A stretch of DNA of 64,000 nt from Blepharisma stoltei ATCC 30299. Its lineage: Eukaryota > Protista > Ciliophora. Every line of letters begins with the position of its first letter. Positions within the stretch are counted from its first letter, which is position 1. Of the stretch, positions 22,501-34,974 are shown in pieces. Made by a program: the position numbers and the translations under genes. Location of the stretch: NCBI GenBank assembly GCA_965603825.1, contig CBFDEM010000051.1, positions 434,001-498,000 of the forward strand, written 5' to 3'. The notes under the pieces are model-generated. The model was not told where the DNA came from, did no database searches, and worked only from the letters and a program-made list of their open reading frames with translations.

Positions 22501-25500
22501 CATACCACAAAGAATCGTATCTTTTTCATTGCAATTTTTTTCTCCTGGGTGATTATTGACTTCATTTATAAGCTTTTGAGTAAGAGCTGTCATTTTTTCT
22601 TTTTCAGAGTCGAATGTGTTGTGGTTGATGACTTTAGCTAAAAGATCCCAGTACTCATTGCTTGTTTTACCTTCTGCCAAGGCGAGATCTAGTATCTGAT
22701 TTAATTCTAGAAATGCTTCTGAAAAAATAGAAGTTTTATCGAAAATCCTTTCAAAAAGAGCACAGGAGCTGGAAGAAAAGTTTGGATCTGAAGATTTAAT
22801 AAGGCATCCTAGTAGCAAATTTCTTAAAAGCTCTGGAGTGTGAATTATGTAATTCCGGAGCAAATCCTCTGATTGGAAACTGATTATATCGATTAAGCTT
22901 TCAATAGACCTAAATAAAGCAGGAGAATCTTCGAGTTGCCCTGGAGTTGTTGCAGCTGAGCTAATTAAATTAAAGGATACAAATAATGATTCGATAAAAC
23001 CTTGCAAATTGTCCAACACTGTGTCATATGAGATTAAATTACTAAGTAATTTGATCATTGATTCTTCTTTCATCACGACCAACTTTCCTCCTCTATATTC
23101 CTCTTTTGGCATTAAGAAAATTTGTAGTAAAAACTTTGTTCCTTCAGCAGACGTGAATTTGTTGCCCCACTCTATATCTTTAGACAATTTCAATAAAATG
23201 TTCAAGCAATATAATAAATGATGCATCGAGCTAATATCAATCAATTCTGTTATTGGCTTTTCTAGCTTATTCAGCTCTTCTACAAGTTTTTCGTTTACAG
23301 GTAAAGAAATTAGTAAATTCCAAGCTAATTCAGCATAAGACTTGTCGGTGCTTGACAGTAAGTGGAAGAGTGCCTTAGCAATTTCTTGATTTTGCGATAG
23401 TGCATGATGAGGGCTAAAATCCGAGGTTGTATCAGAGTCAAAATCTGCAACTAGCCAATAAAGTTTTAAGCTTTTAATATCAATATCATCTTCAAATGCT
23501 CCGAACTGTTTTTCATTGATATGCAAAAGAGTTCTCTCGAGCGGTTGGTTATATAATTTGGCGACCTCTTTTCTTAAATGTCTTATATTTTTGTTTTGAT
23601 TAATATACAATTGCTTATAGTCTTTGCTTTTAGCCTCTCTCACATAGATATAATAAGATTTTCCTGAATCATCGTCCTCATCATCACCTAGTAGAGATTT
23701 TATTAAGGTCAACCCTCTTTTAATCAGAGTATCTGAGACAGAGCTTGAAGTCATTTTTTGCAGTAAGGAGTTCGTGAATTCATTTAAGATATCAGCAGCC
23801 TCCGAAATAAGTTCTGAATCATATCGAGTTAAGAGAGAGATTACAAGTTTAAGCGCTTCCTGACTAATATTTTCTTGTTGGCAATTGAGTTGAATTGAAA
23901 GTAATTTATCTAATCCTAAAACATCACGTGAGTTTCTATTTCTTAATCTTCCTGTATTCGTTGCTTCTATTGCATTTAAGTGGCTATTAAGATTGATCAA
24001 TAGCCACTTAAAGCAGCCGTATCCTTGCAAAGTAATACTTTCACTTGGAAACGTTTCTTCTGGCAAAAAGAAATTTTTAAACAAATTATCAGCTAAGTCA
24101 AAAGTCAAAGGCGAGCGATATTTAAAGCCTTGCCTAAGCCATGTGAAAAACAAGTCAATTTCTTTGCCAGAAACATCCGAAGAGACAAATAAGCTCCATA
24201 GAGTGGTAAAATGAGCAATGCTCAGCCTGACTTCTGCGTCTGTTGTGTGAATCATGAATTCTAATAGTCTTAGCCTTCTTTTGATGTTAATTTCGTGCGA
24301 AAATCTTCCTTGAACTACTTGCTCAGTTTTTATGCCTTTTCCGATTTCTCTTGCTCTATTCATGTACTCTGTTAAGTTGCTCAAAATTAAATCTTGAATC
24401 CCTTGGCTTGCTTCAAGCTTTTTGGTCTCTATTTTTTGGGATCTTGGGTCTAAGCTGTTGATTAGACTCATAAGCAATTTAATAGCTTGAGGAACAGAGT
24501 CATTATTTCGGATCAAATGCACTGCTTTTGTGGCAAATTCGCCTATCAGCGATCTGCAATCAATCATACTTAAGACCTCGCCTAGATATTTTGTTCCTAA
24601 TTTTCAAAGTCCATGTGGAGAAGAATCAAGCATGATGCTTTCTAATATAGCAATTCCGTACCACTTTGTGTTTTCTTCATCTTTAAGCATAGCTGATGAG
24701 GAAGCCACTGAAATTGCTTTTGCGGTGAAATCTTTGATTAGGTTTACAAGCTGCTCGTCATAGTCATCAAGCTTTATCTGTGAGAAGCGTTCGAATAAGA
24801 AATCGTTGTGCTCTTCTCTCAAATAAGGAGTTATATCAATAATAGCTGAGTATGTCGCTCTTATAAAGGAGTCATGCTTACCTTGAGTTGAAGACCATAG
24901 CTGCTCTAAATGCTTTTCTTCTAGCACATTATTCCTCGCTAAAAACTTAAGCAAAGGGCTTGCTCTTTTAACTAGCTCTACGTGTGGTCTTTCAGCTAGC
25001 AGGACGTTAATGATATTTTCCTTTAAGATTCAGCTTTGCATTTCGTCAGAGCTTACTTTTACCTTCGAATTATCGATGATATTGATTCTTGGTTCTAAGC
25101 TTTCTAATACATAATTAATTTCTGTTAGTCCTTTAATCCTTTTTTCCAAATAGCTGCACTTAAGCATTGCCAGGAACAAATTCAGCTTATTTACTTCTAA
25201 AGCTTCAGTGTCAAGGTTCTCTGACAGTTTTCCCATCCTTGCTAGTAAGTTCAGAATTTCTTCATGTTTAAGATCTTTGAGCTCAGTGTCAGAAATTATT
25301 TTTATTCTCTGGAAAATCAGTCCTGTGAATTCTGTAAAAAAGTCTGATGAAAATTCTGGATCAATGAACTGGTTCAGCGCGTATAATAGTATCGAGTTGA
25401 CAAATGGAAATGGGACTCTTGAGTGCTCATCTTTGTTTTTCAGAATATTGAGAACCGCTTCAAATCCTCCTAATTTTGCAAAATAGTTAATTAAGAACAG

Positions 25501-26220
25501 AAGAGTGTCTGAATAGTTTGAATTCTTTACTATAGTTTTAGGGCAAGCCTCATATCCGATAGGAACCTCGTCAAAGTGCAGGTAAAAAGCCGAGACTCTG
25601 GATTCCAAGGCAAAGAGCTTGTTGAGAGTATCTAAAAGCTCAAACCACACTGAAGCCAAGGCAACCTTATTGTCTGTGAGGTATAAGTCGGGCTGAGCTA
25701 AGCCCTGGTAGTAATAAGGGAACAATTGAGGAGCCTCATTTAGCCACTTGACTATTAAATTGATTACAGAGGCGAAAAAATGAACTGCAGAGGAAAGATA
25801 TTCGCGATGGGAGCTGTAGTCAAAGACAAGTAAATTTTCGACCAGTATAAAAAGCTCTCCTCTATAGAACTGAGTAGTTTCAAAGGCATTCTCACATTCA
25901 AGGTTTTCTGAGAGAAGACCATTTACTTTGTTTTGGGCTACTTGGATTTCAGCCATACTGAAATCCCAGTCTCTAAAAGCTCGACGCTTAGGGCCAGTGT
26001 AGCCTTTTGACATCTTTCGAAAGGGAGCAAGCTTTGAGGACTTTAAAGGATAAGTTGTATTCCATTTGGCACCCCACCCATCCATAGTTACTGTAACAGT
26101 GCGAGATTCTAAGTTTATTTCTGCTACTTTGGAAACACATCAATCATTCATGCTATCTCTTGCATCAATAAACTTGTTAACTTGGCACCAGCCTGGGACA
26201 TTTAGGACGCGATCGGTCAT
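19555..26220 (-). CDS. Large ubiquitin-specific protease (USP9/USP24/USP34-like), 2221 aa
   Basis: One 6666-nt frame with TGA=Trp. Cys box GLKNLGCTCYMNSLLQQL, QMDVDEF, His box HSGTAESGHYYSYI..WYEFND, and EKRIKGL in the N-terminal repeats. Confidence 0.93.
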
Positions 26221-26353
26221 TTTATTATAATTGACCAAAAGCACATGAAATATGTCCCTATAGCAAATATGAATTAATTACATAAGAAGAATTTAAGAGC
26301 AATGCAGTCTATTTAGGAGCATTAAGAAATTTAGCTTTATTATTAATAATTTC

Positions 26354-27175
26354 TTATATAAGATTTATTGTATAGCAAGTTAGGGGTCTAGATGACGATA
26401 AAGCTCCTTCAAGCATTTTGAAATTTTGACTTTCTAATAGTTTAGGTCGCTTGACTTCTCTTTTGCTCACTGCTAACCTCTCGGTCATCATACTTTGATA
26501 CGTCCAATCTGTCTGAGTCCTAAATTTGATTCGCTTTCTCCCTTTCAACTCTTCCAAGTCCTTAAATGTCAAATGAACATAAGGATGCTTCTGGCTGTAT
26601 TTCTCTTTTTCAGCATCATACGTTTCAATAACCTCTTTTACCCTATTGCACATCAGATGGCCTCCATCTGACTCAAAAGAGAAGAAATCTTCAGTTTGCG
26701 AAAGTCTTGCAGCTTTCCTGCTTTGCATATTTTGCACATATTTCAGTCGTTTTTCCTTTATTCTGAATTTTCTTGTAATTTCATCAAGAGCTTTGGCCTT
26801 ATTTAGATCATTTTGGATGTCTTCATCAGTGATGAAATGATCGGTAACGAATCCTGATTCATCATTATAAGTTTTGTGATTGCCGTATGGTAGTCTAGGA
26901 AGACTAAGTATTCTCATACCTTCTGCTTGTGTTTTGTGCTCGAGTTTTAAGGTTTCTGTTAATCTGTCTGCTGAAATTTTTGGCTTCCTTTTGGGTTTGG
27001 CATCTTTTATATCTTTAGCCTCTCCTCTGATCACAGATCTTTCAAGGTCTAATAAAGGATTGTAGGAAAGATCGACTTTGTAAAGAGATTTGGAGATTAA
27101 TGATATTTTATCTTTTAGGGGCTTTTTCGGAGTAACAAAAGATGATTCTGTTGTTTTGCTCATTCCTGTTATCAT
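26354..27175 (-). CDS. Hypothetical basic protein
   Basis: 273-aa ORF; no motif recognised. Confidence 0.75.
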   Translation of the reverse strand: MITGMSKTTESSFVTPKKPLKDKISLISKSLYKVDLSYNPLLDLERSVIRGEAKDIKDAKPKRKPKISADRLTETLKLEHKTQAEGMRILSLPRLPYGNHKTYNDESGFVTDHFITDEDIQNDLNKAKALDEITRKFRIKEKRLKYVQNMQSRKAARLSQTEDFFSFESDGGHLMCNRVKEVIETYDAEKEKYSQKHPYVHLTFKDLEELKGRKRIKFRTQTDWTYQSMMTERLAVSKREVKRPKLLESQNFKMLEGALSSSRPLTCYTINLI

Positions 27176-27434
27176 AGCTTTTGGAATGCTTATTATTCGA
27201 TTAATTACTTTAGTTATAATTTATCCCCTGCCAATCAATTTTAATTAGAGAGTCTGACCACAAAAGTTTCTCTGAATTCAAATCATTGAATAACAGTATA
27301 TATGTAAATAAAGATTTTGCTTTTATTTGAAATTTTTCTGAAGCTACCAATTCTGTGATAATTAATATATTTTGAATATGTATTTTATTCTTAATCCTTT
27401 ATTTTTATAATCAGTTTAACTAGCAGAGTATTCA

Positions 27435-28913
<1,479 letters not shown>

Positions 28914-28944
28914 TGTATTAAATAAGAGTGACTCTAATATAGTA

Positions 28945-30390
28945 ATGGGAGAAAATCCCATCAATCAGTTAACTTTTTTCATTACCAATGAAAATCTTAA
29001 AGGAAAGAAAACACCAAAAAAGTATGAGCAAGTGAATTTGCATAATGCGTGCAAATGCATGATCTGTAAATACCATGGGAAAATCAAAGAAGTTAAAAAG
29101 AGCTATGATTTTAGAATAAGAGATATTGATAATGCAATTCCAAAAGGCTTTACGTGGCTAATTGAAAGAATAGGAGAGGTTTCAATTGAAAACTCTATTA
29201 GGATGAATTTAGCAGATACGGTAGTTTTCAAAAACTCCAAGCCAAAATTTTTGATATCGCAGTATGAGAATGGAAATATAAGATATGTCAACCAAGAAGA
29301 AAAATTGAATTTGCAAGACATCACCAAGAATTTTATACAAATAGCAAGGAGCAGAAAAAGCGATGGAAATAAAAGCAGTATAAAGGATAAAATTGCTTCT
29401 CCAAATAGCAATCAGTTTGAGAAAGATATTGTGATGATAAGATATATGAAAAATAGAGACAATAATTATCAGAAGCTTAAGCCTGAAGATGAAGCTGGGG
29501 CTGTCAGGATTTTTTCAGAAAATCAATTTTTAGAGCTTATTTGAGGGATAACTGGAGGCGAGTACTGGAAGCATGTCTCATATATCCAAACGCTACTAAA
29601 ATGCAACCATGGGATTGGAGAATCTGTTTGATATAATTACACAAAAACTGAGAATACTGATCCATCGAAGCTGCTGTTTGAAGAGGAAAAAGATAACCAA
29701 ATTTTGCTGGAAAATAAATCCGCTTATTATGATTTAATCTGCAAGAGAATCTCTTACTATGTATCACTCAGCGGTTTTGATGTGCTTAATATGAGATGTG
29801 AATTTGTTTCAGATAACTATCAAAAAGCCTGGCTCGTTTATGCTGATGATATTTTTATCAAAAAAATAGAGTCTGGAAAAGGTTCTGTGCAGAACGAAAT
29901 TATGACTCAGAAGCAGCGCACAAAGATGATAAACCAATATAAAGTGAAAATGCAGAAGCCACAAAGCATTGCTGGTGAGAGGATGTCTGGATTTATGCAG
30001 AATTATTACCAAAAACTCAAAACGAGAAATGGATTCAATACATTACTGGAGCCAACAGTTACAGAAAATCAATCAAAAATAGCTTACTCAAAACTAAGGC
30101 CTTTATCTCCATTTTCACTTGAAGACACATTATCTTCCAAGAAAGAAAAGCTACTTACACAGCGCAGCAAATCAGTCAGCAAAATCAGAGAAAGAAACCA
30201 AACGCCAACTCCTCTCATAAAGCAACGAAGATCGTTGAACTGCGTTTCTTTGATTACACAAAGGGCCCCAAGCTGGGTTTATAACCCAAAACTGCGGAAG
30301 AGTCCAACCAAGTCGTCAAGATCCTTGATTACTGCTAGCAGCCAAAGCAGAATAATTACATCAGTATCTTATAGAAGTTTGAAAACATAA
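28945..30390 (+). CDS. Hypothetical protein (481 aa)
   Basis: First ATG after the NDR stop; two track ORFs joined in frame by two TGA=Trp codons. Confidence 0.78.
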
Positions 30391-30400
30391 TTAAATTAAT

Positions 30401-32167
30401 TTATTTTCTCGACATTTCTTCAAACTTCAAAAAGCCTTGCAGCGTAGACGAGACATTAGTTGGGGGCAAAACTTGCTTTTGATCTCCTTTAGATGATAGA
30501 GATGATGCCTTGGGGCGGCTTACAGGAGGTTTTGATTTTGGGGGCTCTTTTGAAAAGCTTTGGCTTGACTCGGGGAAATCAATTTGAAAAGTAGAGGAAT
30601 ATTGAGGGGTTTGGTATTTTGTATACTCTTGTGACAGATTTTCAAGATAGTCATTGCTGAAATCATGAGATTTCCTTTGAGATTCACTTTTTTCGGATCG
30701 ATGGGCTTCGTTTTTATAAGACTCGGTAGCACTTGGACGCCCACCTGGTAGATTTCCTGCTGAATTGTTTTTATTCATCTGCCTTGGCAATGAAATTCTA
30801 TTATCATCACAAATTTCTTTAATTCTAGCTGCCACAAGGTCGTCGAGCATACTCTTCATTTTATCAGTCAAATATAGCAAATAGTGGTTGATTTCTGAAT
30901 TGATGGTATCTTTGACAGTAAAGATCCTATTACTTATTTCTTTACTTATATGATTTCCTGAAAGCTCTTTCATTTTGCTGTCTAATTCGCTGAGATAGTT
31001 ATTCACATGTCTATATAAATCTTCTTTTATATCATCTATTCTCCTATCTCCTAATTTTAATTGATTATGGCCAAGCTTTCCAATTTCTTCAGCATATTGT
31101 GATCGATGAGTGCTGGAAACATTTATTAGTTGCTCTCTAAACTCAAAAATTTCAGAAAAATCTGCTTGAATTCTTGAGTTTGATATCTTATAATTGCTTT
31201 TCCCTAGCAAATTATCAGTGACTCTGAAAACATATTCTTTTAGTTTTCTGAATAAATCTCTTGTTGATCTATTAACCAATGTTTCTATTTCTTTCTGTAA
31301 GACATCAATAGCTTGATTAAGCTGGTCATTTATCGTTATATCCATATCATTAAAAAACCTCTCAGCTATATTTTCTTCGATTTCTTTTACCATATCATAT
31401 AGTTTCTCATTTTCAAAGCTAGTTCTTCCTATATTTCGATCAAAACTCTGATCAACTTTTTGCTTTGTCGGTGTAGGCTCCCTTCCTTGTGGGCTTTTCA
31501 TATTATCAAACTTATAAGGACTATTTGATGATTTTTGCGAAGATTCAGATTTTCTATCAATGGAATTGTCTCTGCTTTTCGGCCTTATGATATTATCCAA
31601 ATGTGAAACCCCGCCCGGGGTTCCAGGTAATGATAATGACACTTTTTGGCCAATCTTTCTTTCTTCCGAATATTTCCTAATCATTGATATCATTTCAACA
31701 TTTTTGGCTCGATCTATTGCGTTTTTTCCAAACTAAATAAAAAATACAGAATCTTGGTGATCAATGTCGCTCCCAGCTTGCAATAAAAGTTCAACGATCC
31801 CAGCATAGTTGTGATAAACACTTATAATTAAAGGAGTTCATCCACGTTGATCAGGCTGATTCACTTTCACGCCTCGACTTAAAAGAAGTTTTACGATTTC
31901 TTCATGGTTATGCCAGCAAGCAATAAAAAGTATGCTTTGCCCTGCCTACTGTGTAAAAATTACATCATTAGTTGCATTGATGTCAGCGCCTTTTTTTACT
32001 AGCTCTTCAACAATTTTATAGTGCCCAGTTCTTACAGCTAGGGCTAGAGGTGTATAGCCAGTTTGATTTCGTTCTTCGATATTTTCTCTTGTGATCATAT
32101 TGCAAACTCTTTCAAAATTGCCTTCCTCAATGTTTAGCATCAGCTCAGATTGAACTCTTTTAGACAT
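30401..32167 (-). CDS. Ankyrin-repeat protein with long helical and low-complexity C-terminus
   Basis: GYTPLALAV, GQSILFIAC and G(TGA)TPLIISV repeats. Needs introns 31946-31963 (18 nt) and 31733-31747 (15 nt). Confidence 0.8.
31733..31747 (-). other. 15-nt intron
   Basis: gtattttttatttag on the minus strand. Confidence 0.88.
31946..31963 (-). other. Intron with tandem CAG/TAG acceptors (15 or 18 nt)
   Basis: gtaatttttacacag|tag; only the 18-nt form gives a stop-free frame. Confidence 0.7.
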
Positions 32168-32408
32168 TTAATGATAATATAAAGGTTAAATTGATATAAG
32201 TTAAATATTTAAACTGCTGAAACTTTTATTTAACGATTTAAAGTTTAGCAGGCTTATATATTGTATACCTCTGTTTTTGAAAAAATCTTTTCGTATTAAA
32301 TTTGCATTCTCTTTTTGAACTTATAATTTCTTTTAATTTAAAATTTTATATAAAATCACCAATTCATTAATAAGTTTATAATCATAAATACTTTGATATA
32401 AGAGTTTA

Positions 32409-33548
32409 ATGACAGACCCAATTCTGAATTTATGTAGCCCAAAAGCGCGGATCCCTCGAAGATTTACTTTTACAGGCCCCTCAAAATCTCCAATCATATG
32501 CTCTCACTCTCCCTCAAGAATATATACCCCAATGGTCTCGTCCCAATCTACGAAAAATTCTTTCAAAACTCCTGACTCGTCTGCAGCTACATCAGCAGGA
32601 GTAACTCCAAAATGCCATCCCCCATGCCATCAAAAATCAGAAAGTATGAGCAGCAACATCAGCATATCTGACATAAAAAATAATTTCCCAGAAAAAATTG
32701 AATATAGCTCTTTAAATTACGTAGAAAATAAGCCTTATGAGCTATCGTCTGAAATCGCCAGAAAAGATTCACTTATTATTGACCTCAATTTAAGATTGCA
32801 CGAAAAGAATATCCTTATAAAAAAATTAAAAGAAAAGTTATCAAATGCAAACTCCTATGAAATTCAAAAAAAACTGGACGCAAAAGTAGAGGAGTGCGAA
32901 AAATTGAGGGGGCAGCTAAATATGAACCAAAAAGAATATATTTACAAATTAGAAAAAGAAACGAAAAGGCTGTTGAAACTTGTTAAAGAAGGAGACATCA
33001 AGCTGGGAGAATTGAAAGAAGAAATAGAGAAGCTTAAAGATGTCAACTTCAAGTTGCAGGCTAGACAAGGAAATATGATAAAAATTATTGCTGGATATTG
33101 CAAAGAATCCAAAAAAATGAAAACTTTGAAGTCAGGAACTATTTCGATTGAAGAAATGAACGATATAGAGAAACAGTTTTCAGAAATTGAAGAAATTCAT
33201 AATAAATTAATCGAAGAAAATAATGACCTAAAGCATCAATTGGATCAATTGAATTTAGAAAATGAGCAAAATGTCAAAGGCAACATCAGGGACATTTCAA
33301 GTGATTTGTTTAAAATAATGCTAGAACTAACTCAGCTTGTAAGAATTGCAAACATTATGCATACTGGCCAAAGGGTAGATCTGGAATTTTTACTTGGCGT
33401 TACTCAGCAGGTCCAAGAAATTCAAGGGGAACCCCTAGAGCAGTGCAAAGATTTGATTATAGTAATTAGAAAAGACCTAGTTGAGCTAAGAAACGTAATC
33501 GCAGACACTTATGCCGAGCATTGTGGCGATAATTGTACAACTCAGTAA
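32409..33548 (+). CDS. Coiled-coil protein with CEP85-like C-terminus
   Basis: GQRVDLEFLLGV...LVELRNVIADTYAEHCGDNCTTQ resembles the CEP85/CEP85L end (..LLLGI..[20 protein letters not shown]), recalled from memory. Confidence 0.7.
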   Translation: MTDPILNLCSPKARIPRRFTFTGPSKSPIICSHSPSRIYTPMVSSQSTKNSFKTPDSSAATSAGVTPKCHPPCHQKSESMSSNISISDIKNNFPEKIEYSSLNYVENKPYELSSEIARKDSLIIDLNLRLHEKNILIKKLKEKLSNANSYEIQKKLDAKVEECEKLRGQLNMNQKEYIYKLEKETKRLLKLVKEGDIKLGELKEEIEKLKDVNFKLQARQGNMIKIIAGYCKESKKMKTLKSGTISIEEMNDIEKQFSEIEEIHNKLIEENNDLKHQLDQLNLENEQNVKGNIRDISSDLFKIMLELTQLVRIANIMHTGQRVDLEFLLGVTQQVQEIQGEPLEQCKDLIIVIRKDLVELRNVIADTYAEHCGDNCTTQ

Positions 33549-33570
33549 TTATTTGACTAAACATAATTAA

Positions 33571-34167
33571 TTATCCTTCAGTTTTTCTTTTTACTATTTC
33601 TTGGGCTACTTTTTCAAACAGTTTATTGATGTTCTCTCCAGTTTTTGCTGAGGTCTCAAACCAAATCATCCCATGCTTTATAGCGAACGCTTCAGCTTTT
33701 TTTGAATCAACTTTTCTTTCTGGAGCAGGAATATCTAGCTTATTCCCTACAAGGCATAGAATACAATTTTCTTCAGTGTTTCTTAGTTCATTAACCCAAT
33801 ATTCACAGCTTTCTAGAGAGCGCTCATTAGTAACATCATATGTGATAAGTGCAGCATTTGCATCTCTATAATAAAGCTGCAATAGAGCTCTAAATCTTTC
33901 TTGCCCACCTGTATCCCATATATCTAGTTTCAGACTTGAGTTGTCTTTGAGTCTAACTATTTGCTGAAGATATCCGCCTCCTATTGTAACTTCAAATGCT
34001 TCTGAAAAAGTGTTATTTACGTATCTCATAGCGATTGAGCTTTTCCCAACACCTGAGTCTCCAAGCAGTACAACTTTTGCATCAAGATTCAGAGCTTTTT
34101 TTTGCTCATTATTCACTATTAAGCCTTCAGGCTGCTTTTTAGGTTCGTTTGATGACCCGCAACCCAT
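33571..34167 (-). CDS. Rab5-family small GTPase, N-acylated type (ARA6/Rab5B-like)
   Basis: GDSGVGKSS, WDTGGQE, YYRDA, GNKLD, ETSAK. N-terminal MGCGSS, no C-terminal Cys. Confidence 0.88.
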   Translation of the reverse strand: MGCGSSNEPKKQPEGLIVNNEQKKALNLDAKVVLLGDSGVGKSSIAMRYVNNTFSEAFEVTIGGGYLQQIVRLKDNSSLKLDIWDTGGQERFRALLQLYYRDANAALITYDVTNERSLESCEYWVNELRNTEENCILCLVGNKLDIPAPERKVDSKKAEAFAIKHGMIWFETSAKTGENINKLFEKVAQEIVKRKTEG

Positions 34168-34432
34168 TTATTTTAGCAACAGTGTAATAGAGAAATGACG
34201 ATATGGGTAGAGATTAATGATTTTTTAAGAAAAATTAATATTTCAAATTTCAACGGCATAGTAAGTGCAAAAAAGGCACTCTTTTATTAAATCAAAAATT
34301 TGTGATTTGATATTCTCTTATATAGTTAATAAAACTTTTCTTTTATTTTCTTAAAATTGCAATTGAAAAAGTAAGACCTCTATCAAGATGTAATGAATTT
34401 TAAAGCGAATTAGTAAAAGTTTGTTATCTAAG

Positions 34433-34831
34433 TTAAGCGTTAGTGGCTGCTGGGGCTGCTTCTGTTGTTGCTGCTGCAGCTTGTGGCTTTGGTGCTTGAG
34501 CAGGGCGCTTATCCTCTTCACGTTTAACAAAAACTCTTGGGACTTTGCGTATTTTTCTGAACTCGTGGCTTCTTACCCTAACGATTCTGTGGTGGATTGC
34601 ACAAGCAATGCAGTAAGCGAGCTTGAGATAGAACTTAGGAATAACGAAATTCTCAATGGCTCTGTTATCTTTTATGTCTCTCAAGGATGAGGCGTCAACC
34701 ATGTTTCTGACAGTGTAGCGCTTTACAGCTTTGTCTTTTGGAACGATTCTACCACAGTGAGTGCAGTGGACAGGTGTTCCGTGACCAGCGTTCTTCAGGC
34801 TTCTTCCATTATTCCTACGCTTCTTTGGCAT
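34433..34831 (-). CDS. RPS26: 40S ribosomal protein eS26
   Basis: MPKKRRNNGR, CTHCGR.VPKDKAVKR, YCIACAIH..IVRVRS. Confidence 0.98.
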   Translation of the reverse strand: MPKKRRNNGRSLKNAGHGTPVHCTHCGRIVPKDKAVKRYTVRNMVDASSLRDIKDNRAIENFVIPKFYLKLAYCIACAIHHRIVRVRSHEFRKIRKVPRVFVKREEDKRPAQAPKPQAAAATTEAAPAATNA

Positions 34832-34974
34832 CTTTAATGGTTTATAAAACCATAATCTGCCACGGCAAATAAGCTTAACAGAGGACTGTAATAAATTAAA
34901 GCATGACTTTTATTTTTTCAGTTAATTAATAAAGAAATCTGGATTACCTCTAAAAAAGCCTATTCTAATTATAG

